This document shows, piece by piece, positions 19,470 through 29,136 of a stretch of 64,000 nucleotides of DNA. A model generated the notes under the pieces. That model was not told where the DNA came from and ran no database searches. It was given only the letters and a program-made list of their open reading frames with translations. How positions within the stretch are numbered: the stretch's first letter is position 1; each line of letters opens with the position of its first letter. Origin of the DNA: an uncultured delta proteobacterium (GTDB lineage: Bacteria; Desulfobacterota; Syntrophia; Syntrophales; Smithellaceae); assembly GCA_963753975.1 (NCBI GenBank), contig CAVWEH010000002.1:256001-320000 (forward strand), read 5' to 3'. A program made the translations under genes and the position numbers.

Positions 19470-21084
19470 GGCTTAGCCCCCCATAATTGTAGCACCATAC
19501 AAATTCCACCGTATCCACCTTTGCCTTGCGCAGGATTATATCAGTTTTGCCAGCTACTTCTACACGTTCGCAACGAGCATACTTTTCAATATTTAAATTA
19601 TTAAAATAAGTGTTGAGAAAAAGAAGATCGTAACCGATAGGCGTTTTCTTTTGCCAGATATCAAATTGATCCTGGCGATTATCAATAACGAATACTTCAT
19701 CCTTGTAGGGCAAACTGTAATATATCGTCCTGCTGCCCATCGTCCAATTACTAACGGCAATGGCTTTTTTCGCGGTTGTTTTATCGTCCTTTAATATCGT
19801 ATCCGCTTGTCTTATAATTTGCGGAAATCCATAAATATCACGGAAGGGAGATTTATAATCGGGAAAAGTAAAAAATTTTCCGGTAAGTTCTGCATATACA
19901 AGCAAGGTCAAAACGAGGCTTAATCCAATGGAAAAATTAAGAAAGTATTTTTTCGATTTTTCTTTAGATATAAATAAAAGATAGACGCCGACAAGAATGA
20001 ACAGCACATATAAAATGTACCAAAGGGACATCTCCCGTTTTATCGGTGACATAAACAAAGGATAGGCGCCACCAGATATAAGCAACACATAAGACAACAC
20101 ATTTAAAATGCAAAAAAAGTATATCTCCCATTTTTTCGGAGGTGTAAATAAATAATATATCCCGACAGGTATGAAGAGTAAATAAAACACAGCCGGCCAA
20201 TGGGGAAGTGTTCTTTCAAAAAATGACGTGAGCAGAAAGAAAAGCAGAATCGTGCCGCCGAATAAAACTGCCAGACGCAGATAATCGTCGCGTGTATGCC
20301 GCACCTGGAAAAAACCATAAAAGGCAATTATAAATAAGAAAGGGTTATACGCGCCGAATTGTGCAGCCAATGATTCGAAAAAATTAGAAATACTACTGGA
20401 CAGAGAACCAAACACATGAGAGCCCTGATAGCGAAAACTGATAAAATCATGCGTGATATTCCAGTAAATAACGGGTGTGATGAGAATCAAGGCTATAAAA
20501 GCAGCTAAAAACATATAGGGGGAAAAGATTATATCGTATCTTTTTTTTACTGCAAAAAAAATTATTAGCGGCGGTACAAGCAAAATTGAAGTGTACTTCG
20601 TCAGTCCCATTAACCCCAAGAGAATACCCAGCAAAATAAAATCCAGCGGTTTTTTTTCACGGACAATTTTCTCAGCAATAAAAATTAGCGGAAAAATAAA
20701 GAGCAGAAGGAGAGAATCCGGTAACAGCATCAGACCCAATACATTGAACATAAAAGAACAATTCAATGCCAGAACCGCCAATAATGACACTGGCGTTGAT
20801 TTAGTCATTCGGAGAACAAAAATATACGCGCAATAGGAAGTAATGGCAAAAATCAAAATAGCCGGCAGACGCGCTAAAAATTCATTTGTGCCCAGAAGAT
20901 AAAAAAACGGGGCATGCACCCAGCCGACAAGCGGCGGATGATCGACATAGCTCAAGTCAAGATATTTAGCGTATAAAACATAGTGAGCTTCATCAACTCC
21001 CAGTCCGAAAAAAGGTGACACTGCAAGACGAATCAGAGTGAAAAAGCCGATCAGCAGGAATATTTTTTTATTTTCTTTTGGCAT
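19462..21084 (-). CDS. ArnT-like / GT39 (PMT_2) polyprenyl-phosphate-sugar glycosyltransferase
   Basis: DEAHY, LSYVDHPPL, PD and TKYT; many TM helices and a soluble C-terminal domain. Confidence 0.85.
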   Translation of the reverse strand: MPKENKKIFLLIGFFTLIRLAVSPFFGLGVDEAHYVLYAKYLDLSYVDHPPLVGWVHAPFFYLLGTNEFLARLPAILIFAITSYCAYIFVLRMTKSTPVSLLAVLALNCSFMFNVLGLMLLPDSLLLLFIFPLIFIAEKIVREKKPLDFILLGILLGLMGLTKYTSILLVPPLIIFFAVKKRYDIIFSPYMFLAAFIALILITPVIYWNITHDFISFRYQGSHVFGSLSSSISNFFESLAAQFGAYNPFLFIIAFYGFFQVRHTRDDYLRLAVLFGGTILLFFLLTSFFERTLPHWPAVFYLLFIPVGIYYLFTPPKKWEIYFFCILNVLSYVLLISGGAYPLFMSPIKREMSLWYILYVLFILVGVYLLFISKEKSKKYFLNFSIGLSLVLTLLVYAELTGKFFTFPDYKSPFRDIYGFPQIIRQADTILKDDKTTAKKAIAVSNWTMGSRTIYYSLPYKDEVFVIDNRQDQFDIWQKKTPIGYDLLFLNTYFNNLNIEKYARCERVEVAGKTDIILRKAKVDTVEFVWCYNYGGLSLD

Positions 21085-22300
21085 TAATCTTCTCTAAAGC
21101 AGATTTAATCTCCGCAAATACTCTTTCGGGTTTAATGACCTGGAGGCAGACATTATCCATACAAGCGGTCTTGCGATGATTCGCTGCGCTCACGCACGGC
21201 GAACAAGCGAGGCCCGCGTAAATTGGCGTTGTCCTCCCCAATGATCCGTAAAGGGCTGGCGTCTCCGGACCAAAAATGACAAATGTAGGCATGTTCGTTA
21301 CCGCAGCAAAATGCGGTGGGCCGGAATCGTTGGTCACCATGAATTCGGATACACTGTAGAGCGGTGGAAGCTGGTCCAGCGTCACTCGACCTGCAAAATT
21401 TATACACCTTTCTGCCTGCACTTCATTTCTGAGGCGCTCGGCTTCTTCCCTTTCCTGCTGATCGCCCGTAATTAAAACTATTGCCCGAGAGCAATTCTCC
21501 AAAATCATTTTAATTAATTGTGCGTAGTATGCCTGCGGCCAACGCCGCTGGATAAGAAGTTCGCTGGCGTTGGGATTAATCAAAATGATTTTGTGCTTTT
21601 CCGGATTGAATTGGCCGAAAGAACTGCGAATAATATCTATAATTGGCTTCTTCGCCGAAGGTGAAAATTTAAGTTTGGTCAAAACAATTTCATCGTCGGT
21701 AACCAGCGTTTTCGAGTAGGGAACTTCCCTTTCAGGAGCAAGAAGAGCATTGATCATAGCAATAAAATTCTTGGCAATATGAATATGAGGATTGTATGCT
21801 ACCTTATGCGACAAAAAGTCGCCGCGATAAAGCCCTTCATTAAAATATGCGTGAAAACCGACTTTATTGGGCGCGCCGCTGAATCCCGTAAGCAGGGCCG
21901 TGAAGCGAGAAAAAAGCTCCAGATCGATTACGGCATCAATTTTTTTCTGACGAGTCCAGAAAAAGAATTTCAGCGTATCAAACGCAAAAGACAGTAAATT
22001 TCCTTCACGAAACGAATAAATATTTTCCTCGGCAACTGTTTTCAGTAAATCCAGACTGGGCTTATTTTTTTTAAAAATGGCGAAATAGATATTAGCGCCG
22101 GTTTTTTTTTGCAGCTTTCTCATCGCGGGATCGACTAAAATGGCGCTGCCCATTTCCGATAATTCGATAAAAAGTACGTTGAGTAAAGGTTTCCTTTCGC
22201 GCCTGCCCAACAATTCAACAGCTTTCTGATATAATGTTCCCAAAAAGCAAAGAGGAACGCCAACGTAATAATCAATCCGGCGCATGTTATCAACTTTCAT
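21068..22300 (-). CDS. GT9 ADP-heptose:LPS heptosyltransferase-like protein
   Basis: SEMGSA, RRWP, TNDSGPPHFA, FGPE and CSPC...C...C. Start reassigned to MKVDNMR. Confidence 0.85.
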   Translation of the reverse strand: MKVDNMRRIDYYVGVPLCFLGTLYQKAVELLGRRERKPLLNVLFIELSEMGSAILVDPAMRKLQKKTGANIYFAIFKKNKPSLDLLKTVAEENIYSFREGNLLSFAFDTLKFFFWTRQKKIDAVIDLELFSRFTALLTGFSGAPNKVGFHAYFNEGLYRGDFLSHKVAYNPHIHIAKNFIAMINALLAPEREVPYSKTLVTDDEIVLTKLKFSPSAKKPIIDIIRSSFGQFNPEKHKIILINPNASELLIQRRWPQAYYAQLIKMILENCSRAIVLITGDQQEREEAERLRNEVQAERCINFAGRVTLDQLPPLYSVSEFMVTNDSGPPHFAAVTNMPTFVIFGPETPALYGSLGRTTPIYAGLACSPCVSAANHRKTACMDNVCLQVIKPERVFAEIKSALEKINAKRK

Positions 22301-22514
22301 GGGCAAGCAACTCTTATCCTTTCTAGAATCGGCATTGTGCTGAAATTCGAGGGGAATATAGGCAAAATAGCGACGGCTGTCAATAAAACATTGCAACAAT
22401 ACCGGTTTTTACATAATTTTTAAGAAAGTATTAAGACGTTTTACTTGGCCACCATGTTTTGCTTGAGAAAATTAGCCAATACATGTTAATTTAAAAAAAT
22501 AGTGGTTCAAATAC

Positions 22515-23672
22515 ATGCGTAAAATTATTGACAGATATATATTTAAAGAAATAGCCATACCTTTTATCATTATCTTATTTGTCTTGACCTTCGTCCTGCT
22601 CATGGGGAAAATCCTGCAAATAATGGACTTAATGGTCAATAAGGGTATTAGCGTATTTTCCATCGCCGAGCTCATTATCTTTCTTTTACCTTCGTTCATG
22701 TTGTTCACCATACCCATCGCGCTTTTGATTGCTATACTCATCGCCATGGGGCGATTATCCGCCGATAACGAAATAACGGCAATTAGAGCTTCAGGCGTCA
22801 GTTTATTGCAAATTTATTACCCTGTGGCAATTGCTTCTTTGGCTACATTTATTTTCACCATATTTATAAGCAATTTTCTTGTGCCGTATAGCAATTTTGC
22901 CACTAAACGTTTGCTTTTCGAAATTGCTTCCCAAAACGCGAGCATCGGCATAAAAGAAAAAGTCTTCAATGCTGATTTTAAAGGTCTTTTGCTTTATGCG
23001 GATAAAATTCCTCTTGATGGCAAATACATGGAAGGAGTCATTGTTTCCGATAGCCGTATTATCGGCGAACAAAACACAATTTTTGCTAAAAAAGCTTTTC
23101 TTATATCCGATCCGGATTTGATGATAGTAAAATTAAGACTGGAAAACGGTTCCGTTCACACAGTGAGTTCAGATTTAAAAAATTATCGCAGGATCGATTT
23201 TCAAAGTTACGATATCAATCTTAATTTATCAACTGCCATTGCCAGCATGCGTGAAGATTCAAAATCAAGTACGGAAATGACGATGGGCGAACTGCTGGAA
23301 AAGATGAAAAAACCGGGTCTTGATCAAGCTTCCATCCGCGAGTTGGCTATTGAAGTGCACAAAAAATTTTCTATTCCTCTTTCTTGTATTTTCTTCGGTC
23401 TTCTGGCTTTGCCACTGGGCATAAGAAGTCATCGAGCTGTAAAATCACGCGGCTTTGCCGTTGGCCTTATAGTTGTTTCTTTATATTACCTGTTGCGCAT
23501 CGGCGGCGAAGCTCTTGTAGAAACCGGCCGTCTTTCTACAGTAATCGGCGTCTGGACGCCAAATTTAACTTTTGCCTCGCTGGGTGTTTATCTTTTTTAT
23601 ACGGCTTATAAAGAGATATCGCTCTCGCATATGATAAAAATTTTTCTTTGGCGCAAAACTCTAAATAATTAA
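22515..23672 (+). CDS. lptF: LPS export ABC transporter permease LptF
   Basis: IIDRYIFKE, GRLSADNEITAIRASGVS and EVHKKFSIP; first gene of the tandem pair. Confidence 0.92.
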   Translation: MRKIIDRYIFKEIAIPFIIILFVLTFVLLMGKILQIMDLMVNKGISVFSIAELIIFLLPSFMLFTIPIALLIAILIAMGRLSADNEITAIRASGVSLLQIYYPVAIASLATFIFTIFISNFLVPYSNFATKRLLFEIASQNASIGIKEKVFNADFKGLLLYADKIPLDGKYMEGVIVSDSRIIGEQNTIFAKKAFLISDPDLMIVKLRLENGSVHTVSSDLKNYRRIDFQSYDINLNLSTAIASMREDSKSSTEMTMGELLEKMKKPGLDQASIRELAIEVHKKFSIPLSCIFFGLLALPLGIRSHRAVKSRGFAVGLIVVSLYYLLRIGGEALVETGRLSTVIGVWTPNLTFASLGVYLFYTAYKEISLSHMIKIFLWRKTLNN

Positions 23673-23682
23673 GGATTATAGA

Positions 23683-24762
23683 TTGAAGATAATTGACAGA
23701 TATATTATCAGGGAATTCATTAAATTATTCGCGATTATTTGTATCACTTTTATTGCCCTTTATTTGATTGTCGACTTTTTTGATAAAATACGAATGTTTC
23801 TCAGCAATAATGCGTCGATTGCGCAAATGGCATCATATTTTTTATACTCCATTCCAATGATTATTTCTCTTGTTTTACCTTCCGCCGTTCTTTTAGCAAC
23901 GCTGATGACGTACGGCTCATTTTCCAAACATAATGAAATAACAGCGATGAAAGCGAACGGAATTAGCCTTTATAGAATTTCCCTTCCCGCCCTCATTTTC
24001 GCGGCCGTATTAGCTGTTTTTCTATTCTATTTCAGCGAGCTGATAACGCCGGCATCGATACAAAAAACTGAAAATATCATAAAAATTGAAGTTCAAAAAC
24101 AGCGGGCACAGGGTTTCTTTAAGCAAAATGAGATTTGGTACCGTTCGGGAAATGCGATTTATAATTTCAAAATGTTTGATGTTGACAATGACACTTTACG
24201 CGGCGTAACTATTAATTATTTAAATCCCGATTTTACTTTAAATATGCGTATAGATGCCCAAAGCGCTGAATGGAAAGATAACCATTGGGTTTTTTATGAC
24301 CTACTTATCACTACTTTTGACAAAAATAATATTCCCGTCTTAGAGCGATCAGAAGAGAAAATTATAAATATCCCTGAAAAACCTAACGATTTTAAAATAA
24401 TACAAAAAGACGCGGAAAAGATGGGCTATTTCGAACTGAGAAAATATGTCCAGAAAATACAAGCCGAAGGATATGACGTCACCAGATATCTGGTAGATTT
24501 ACAGGGAAAAATTGCTTTTCCTCTCGTAACGATAATACTTGTTTTTATTGGTGTCTTTTTTTCTCTACGCTCGGAAAGAAGCGGTGGTGTAATGCAAAGC
24601 GTGGGAATTGGTATTTTTATTGGATTTTCCTATTGGATAGTCTATGCGTTTAGTATGTCTTTGGGGCGCTCCGGAACACTATCTCCCTTTATAGCCGCCT
24701 GGTTGGCCAATATACTTTTCATTTCGGCCGCTTTAGTATTATTTCATAAAGCACGTACTTAG
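23683..24762 (+). CDS. lptG: LPS export ABC transporter permease LptG
   Basis: IIDRYIIREF, NEITAMKANGIS, KIAFP and AAWLAN. Confidence 0.92.
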   Translation: MKIIDRYIIREFIKLFAIICITFIALYLIVDFFDKIRMFLSNNASIAQMASYFLYSIPMIISLVLPSAVLLATLMTYGSFSKHNEITAMKANGISLYRISLPALIFAAVLAVFLFYFSELITPASIQKTENIIKIEVQKQRAQGFFKQNEIWYRSGNAIYNFKMFDVDNDTLRGVTINYLNPDFTLNMRIDAQSAEWKDNHWVFYDLLITTFDKNNIPVLERSEEKIINIPEKPNDFKIIQKDAEKMGYFELRKYVQKIQAEGYDVTRYLVDLQGKIAFPLVTIILVFIGVFFSLRSERSGGVMQSVGIGIFIGFSYWIVYAFSMSLGRSGTLSPFIAAWLANILFISAALVLFHKART

Positions 24763-24821
24763 TACTACCCCTAAAATAGTATTCGGGAGATTGACGATCT
24801 GGATTCTTAAGAACCCGTAAA

Positions 24822-26246
24822 CTAATATCTATAGTATTCCGGTTTAAATGGACCTTCAACCGATAGGCCTAGATAATCTGCCTGTTTTCGCGTTAGTTTG
24901 GTCACGCGCGCACCCAATCTACCTAAATGCACCCGGGCGACTTCTTCATCCAATATCTTCGGTAAAGTGAAAACGCCGATTTTATGTTTCTTTGTGGCCA
25001 GTTCTATTTGCGCCAGGCATTGATTGGTAAAGCTGTTACTCATGACAAAGCTCGGATGACCGGTCGCACATCCCAGATTAACCAATCTGCCTTCCGCTAA
25101 TACTATTATGGAACGTCCCGATTTAAGTTTCCACTTATCCACCTGCGGTTTAATATTCTCTTTTTTACAGAATTTGCTTGTCTCTAAATATTGCATGCCG
25201 ATTTCACTGTCAAAATGGCCGATATTGCAGACGATAGCTTCATCTTTCATCATTTCCATGTGTTTACCGGTAATGACGTCGCAACAGCCGGTGGCAGTCA
25301 CAAAAATATCGCCGCTGGCCGCCACTTCTTCCAATGTCCGGATTTCATATCCTTCCATCGCCGCTTGCAGCGCGCAAATCGGATCGATTTCCGTAATAAT
25401 TACTCGTGCTCCAAAACCTCTCATGGATTGGGCGCATCCTTTCCCGACATCTCCATATCCGCAAACAACAACGACTTTGCCGGCAATCATTACATCAGTC
25501 GCTCTTTTAATACCGTCGGCAAGCGATTCGCGGCATCCGTAAAGATTATCGAATTTTGATTTTGTGACCGAGTCATTAACGTTTATTGCCGGAAACAATA
25601 GTTCCCCCGCCGCTTGCATTTGATAAAGACGATGCACTCCTGTCGTTGTTTCTTCGGAAACGCCACGAATATTCGCGGCCGCTCTTTGCCATCTCTGCGG
25701 ATCACATTTTGCCGATTTCTCCAATCGGGAAATAATTATTTTAAATTCTTTATTCTCAATCTTCTTTTTTAGTAGTTGCGGGGTTCTTTCGATCCTGACC
25801 CCCTCGTGAATAAATAACGTTGCATCACCGCCGTCGTCAACGATTAAATCGGGACCGGAACCATCCGGCCACGTTAGAGCCTGTTCGGTACACCACCAAT
25901 ATTCCTCCAGAGATTCGCCTTTCCAGGCAAAAATCGCTGCAGAACCGGCTTTGGCTATTGCTGCAGCGGCATGATCCTGGGTCGAAAAAATATTACAGGA
26001 GGCCCAGCGAAGATCTGCGCCTAATTCTTTTAGTGTCTCAATGAGCATAGCAGTTTGGATAGTCATATGCAGAGAGCCCATTATTTTCAATCCATGAAGA
26101 GGCTTCTTGCGGCCGTATTTTTCGCGTATAGCCATCAGGCCGGGCATTTCATTTTCCGCCAATTGCATTTCTTTCCGGCCAAACGACGCCAGGGAAATAT
26201 CGGCAATTTTGTATTTTAGAGCCCTATCAACTTCCAGAAACACCAT
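24822..26246 (-). CDS. ahcY: S-adenosylhomocysteine hydrolase
   Basis: [52 protein letters not shown] and [10 protein letters not shown]. Confidence 0.98.
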   Translation of the reverse strand: MVFLEVDRALKYKIADISLASFGRKEMQLAENEMPGLMAIREKYGRKKPLHGLKIMGSLHMTIQTAMLIETLKELGADLRWASCNIFSTQDHAAAAIAKAGSAAIFAWKGESLEEYWWCTEQALTWPDGSGPDLIVDDGGDATLFIHEGVRIERTPQLLKKKIENKEFKIIISRLEKSAKCDPQRWQRAAANIRGVSEETTTGVHRLYQMQAAGELLFPAINVNDSVTKSKFDNLYGCRESLADGIKRATDVMIAGKVVVVCGYGDVGKGCAQSMRGFGARVIITEIDPICALQAAMEGYEIRTLEEVAASGDIFVTATGCCDVITGKHMEMMKDEAIVCNIGHFDSEIGMQYLETSKFCKKENIKPQVDKWKLKSGRSIIVLAEGRLVNLGCATGHPSFVMSNSFTNQCLAQIELATKKHKIGVFTLPKILDEEVARVHLGRLGARVTKLTRKQADYLGLSVEGPFKPEYYRY

Positions 26247-26291
26247 CTTTCCTCCACTCTTTTTTTCTTACGGTTACTTTTCGTAGGTTGA

Positions 26292-27473
26292 CTATTTTTT
26301 TAGCGTCTTTTTCAGGGCTTCTATTTTATCCGTTTTTTCCCACAAATAATTCGCGTCCAAGAACAAAGTCCTGGGGATTTTTTTATATATGTCGCCTTTC
26401 AGCAGATCAAACTTTTCAATCATTCCTTTCGGCGTTAAATCAAATACCTGATTGACAACTCCCGCGATCTTTTCATCCGGCATAATTCCCGTCCCAAAAG
26501 TATTTACATATATTGAGATAGGCTGTGCTATTCCTATCGCATAAGCAAGTTGCACGGAACATTTCTTCGCCAGCCCTGCGCCGACAATGTTTTTCGCGAC
26601 ATATCTTGCACCGAAGGCTGCCGAGCAATCTACTTTTTCCGGCGTTTTATTAACAATGGAACCGCCGCCTAACTGAGCACCCGGGTAACCTCCATAAAGC
26701 TGCACGACTAATTTGCGTCCGGTAACACCGGAATCCGCTGCCGAACAGGAGTTGATAGCATTCCACTCACCGGTCGGATTAAAGATAAATTTTGTTCTAT
26801 CATTTATCCAGTCGCCTAAACAATCAAAGGCAATCTGACGGGCCTGTTCTTCAACTGACGAGCGAAATTTGTCCGGCACCTGGCGATAATCTATGGCGTT
26901 GGACATAAGTACGGTGGTCACTCTTTGGGGACGCCAATCGGCGCTATAGTCGACCGTAACCTGCCCCTTTCCATCCGGAGCAAAAATAGGATTGCCGCAA
27001 TTTTCAAAAGCACGCATCATCTTATTGACCAGGACGTACGTCAGAGGCAACAATTCTGGAGTTTCGTCACAGGCAAAACCGTAAATAATGCCTTGATCCC
27101 CTGCTCCGATTTCCTTGTGTTTTCCTAAATCCGCTCTTGTCCCGATATTGATGTCGGGCGATTGCGGAATGATCGCGTTTAGTATACCCATCGAACTGCC
27201 GTTAAGACCCAAATCGGAATCGCGATAACCGATGCCCAGAACTGTTTGGCGTACCGTTTTTTCAATATCAATGTAAACTCGAGTGGAAACTTCACCTCCA
27301 ACAACACAAAGGCCTTTCCCTAAAAATACTTCCAGACCACAGTGCGGCATGCAGTTTATGTCCATGCCTATTCTATTCTCTTCATTTAATATCGAGGCGA
27401 TAATGTTTGCAGCGATGGAATCAGATACTATATCCGGATGACCTATTTTTACACTTTCCGATGTAATTTGCAT
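26292..27473 (-). CDS. metK: Methionine adenosyltransferase (divergent)
   Basis: TSESV.GHPD, QSPDI, GAGDQG, DGK, GVTGRK, YGG, KVD.SAA..ARYVAKN and QLAYAIG. Start at MQITSES behind AAGGAG. Confidence 0.9.
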   Translation of the reverse strand: MQITSESVKIGHPDIVSDSIAANIIASILNEENRIGMDINCMPHCGLEVFLGKGLCVVGGEVSTRVYIDIEKTVRQTVLGIGYRDSDLGLNGSSMGILNAIIPQSPDINIGTRADLGKHKEIGAGDQGIIYGFACDETPELLPLTYVLVNKMMRAFENCGNPIFAPDGKGQVTVDYSADWRPQRVTTVLMSNAIDYRQVPDKFRSSVEEQARQIAFDCLGDWINDRTKFIFNPTGEWNAINSCSAADSGVTGRKLVVQLYGGYPGAQLGGGSIVNKTPEKVDCSAAFGARYVAKNIVGAGLAKKCSVQLAYAIGIAQPISIYVNTFGTGIMPDEKIAGVVNQVFDLTPKGMIEKFDLLKGDIYKKIPRTLFLDANYLWEKTDKIEALKKTLKK

Positions 27474-27687
27474 GCCTAAAATCTCCTTGTATATATGTTT
27501 TTTCGCCAGCGCCAAAATACGATGGAAGCAATTAACACATATATGTATTTTAGTTAAATGATTTTTTCAATTTATAATAGATTTTATATTAAGAGCGTAA
27601 TCTGTCGAAAAAGATAAGAAATAGTACCGCGGTAATCGATTAATATTCTTAATGATTAGCTTAATCTTCAATAATCGATTATTAAAT

Positions 27688-28044
27688 TTAACTGACTTTT
27701 TTTATTTTATTTTTATCGTCAACCAGAACACATTTAGGGTGCCATTTTGTTGCGTCTTTATCATCAACCGTAACATAAGTGGCAATAATAATTAAATCTC
27801 CTTTAGATACCTTGCGCGCAGCGGCGCCATTGAGACAAATTGTCCCGGAGTTCCGCTTTGCTTTTATGGTATACGTGGAAAACCTTTCCCCGTTGGAAAT
27901 ATTGTATATGGCCACTTTTTCATAAGGTACAATCTCGGCTTCTTGCATAAGTGTTTCATCAACGGAAATGCTGCCTTCATAGTGTAAGTCGGCATTCGTT
28001 ACTGTAGCGCGATGTATTTTCGATTTTAACATAAATCTTTGCAT
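27688..28044 (-). CDS. panD: Aspartate 1-decarboxylase
   Basis: KSKIHRATVT, pyruvoyl cleavage site YEG-SI, NGERFSTY and ICLNGAAAR. Confidence 0.97.
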   Translation of the reverse strand: MQRFMLKSKIHRATVTNADLHYEGSISVDETLMQEAEIVPYEKVAIYNISNGERFSTYTIKAKRNSGTICLNGAAARKVSKGDLIIIATYVTVDDKDATKWHPKCVLVDDKNKIKKVS

Positions 28045-28062
28045 ATAATATCACTCCTAAGG

Positions 28063-28929
28063 CTATGAATTATATAACTTCTCACCAAAAACGTGATTAT
28101 CGATCAGTCTCGTTGTCCCCACTTTTACAGCCAACGCTATAACCGCGTCGCCTGTAATTACATCAATATCGGTAAGCGTTTTCGTATCGCATATTTTTAT
28201 ATAATCGATATCGGTATAGGGAGCGTTGGTAATTAATTTTTTCGCCTGATTTATTACAACGGAAGCACTTCTTTCTCCGCCTGCATAAAGCTTTTGCGCT
28301 AATTTAAGAGAAGCAACCAGCTTTAAAGCCGAAGGCTTCTCGCTTTCTTTCAAATAAACATTGCGGGAACTCATGGCTAGCCCATTGGTCTCGCGCACAG
28401 TAGGCAATCCGACTATTTGCAGATCAAGGTTTAGATCAGCAACCATCTGTTTTATAGCGATAAATTGCTGAAAATCTTTTCTCCCGAAAACGGAGATATG
28501 TGGCTTGACAATATTAAAGAGTTTGGCGCATACGGTTGTTACGCCACGAAAATGGCCGGAACGCGATAACCCGCATAAATTTTTGGTCACTTTTTCCACA
28601 TTCACATAGGTTTGATAATTTTCCGGGTACATTTCTTTATCTGTTGGATAAAAAATCACATCAACACTGACACTTTCCGCCATCATTAGATCGTGATCAA
28701 AATCACGCGGATATTTAGATAAATCTTCTTTCGGTCCAAATTGCGTGGGATTGACATAGATACTTACGATTGAATAATCGGCCATTTTTTTTGCTTCTCT
28801 CATAAGATTAAGATGCCCTTCATGGAAATAGCCCATAGTTGGAACAAATGCTAATCGTTTCCCTTTAAGCCTTAGCGCTTCCGAGTAACATTGCATCTCA
28901 TTTATTGAATTGATAATTTTTGCTGTCAT
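28063..28929 (-). CDS. panC: Pantoate--beta-alanine ligase
   Basis: FVPTMGYFHEGH, VNPTQF, GHFRGV, FGRKDFQQ, GLAMSSRN and RLIDN. Confidence 0.98.
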   Translation of the reverse strand: MTAKIINSINEMQCYSEALRLKGKRLAFVPTMGYFHEGHLNLMREAKKMADYSIVSIYVNPTQFGPKEDLSKYPRDFDHDLMMAESVSVDVIFYPTDKEMYPENYQTYVNVEKVTKNLCGLSRSGHFRGVTTVCAKLFNIVKPHISVFGRKDFQQFIAIKQMVADLNLDLQIVGLPTVRETNGLAMSSRNVYLKESEKPSALKLVASLKLAQKLYAGGERSASVVINQAKKLITNAPYTDIDYIKICDTKTLTDIDVITGDAVIALAVKVGTTRLIDNHVFGEKLYNS

Positions 28930-28938
28930 TTTAAAATT

Positions 28939-29028
28939 AAAAAAGCCCCACGTCGCAAGACGAGAGGCTTTATAATAGTCTTTTTGATTCTCTTTTTCCT
29001 TCCGTCCCGGTCCTTACGGATCCAAGCG
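28939..29028 (-). ncRNA. pan RNA motif-like leader with intrinsic terminator
   Basis: Bulged hairpin CGCUUGGAUCC-GUAA-GGACCGGGACGG, then terminator AAGCCUCUCGUC-UUGC-GACGUGGGGCUU-UUUU ending about 10 nt before the panC ATG. Confidence 0.8.
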
Positions 29029-29035
29029 TGGATCA

Positions 29036-29065
29036 ATATTAACAGTATTTAATAATTTTTGTCAA
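29036..29065 (-). promoter_or_regulatory. sigma70 promoter of the panCD leader
   Basis: TTGACA-N18-TAATAT with an extended TG. Confidence 0.65.
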
Positions 29066-29136
29066 GAAAATAAATTTGGGGTCAAACGATCATCAAAGCT
29101 GCCGTATTTTTCCCCTGAATGTCCTTTTTGATTTAT

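Noticed and set aside
27474..27687. SAM or SAH riboswitch upstream of metK-ahcY
   Set aside because: Very AT-rich, with no recognisable aptamer core.
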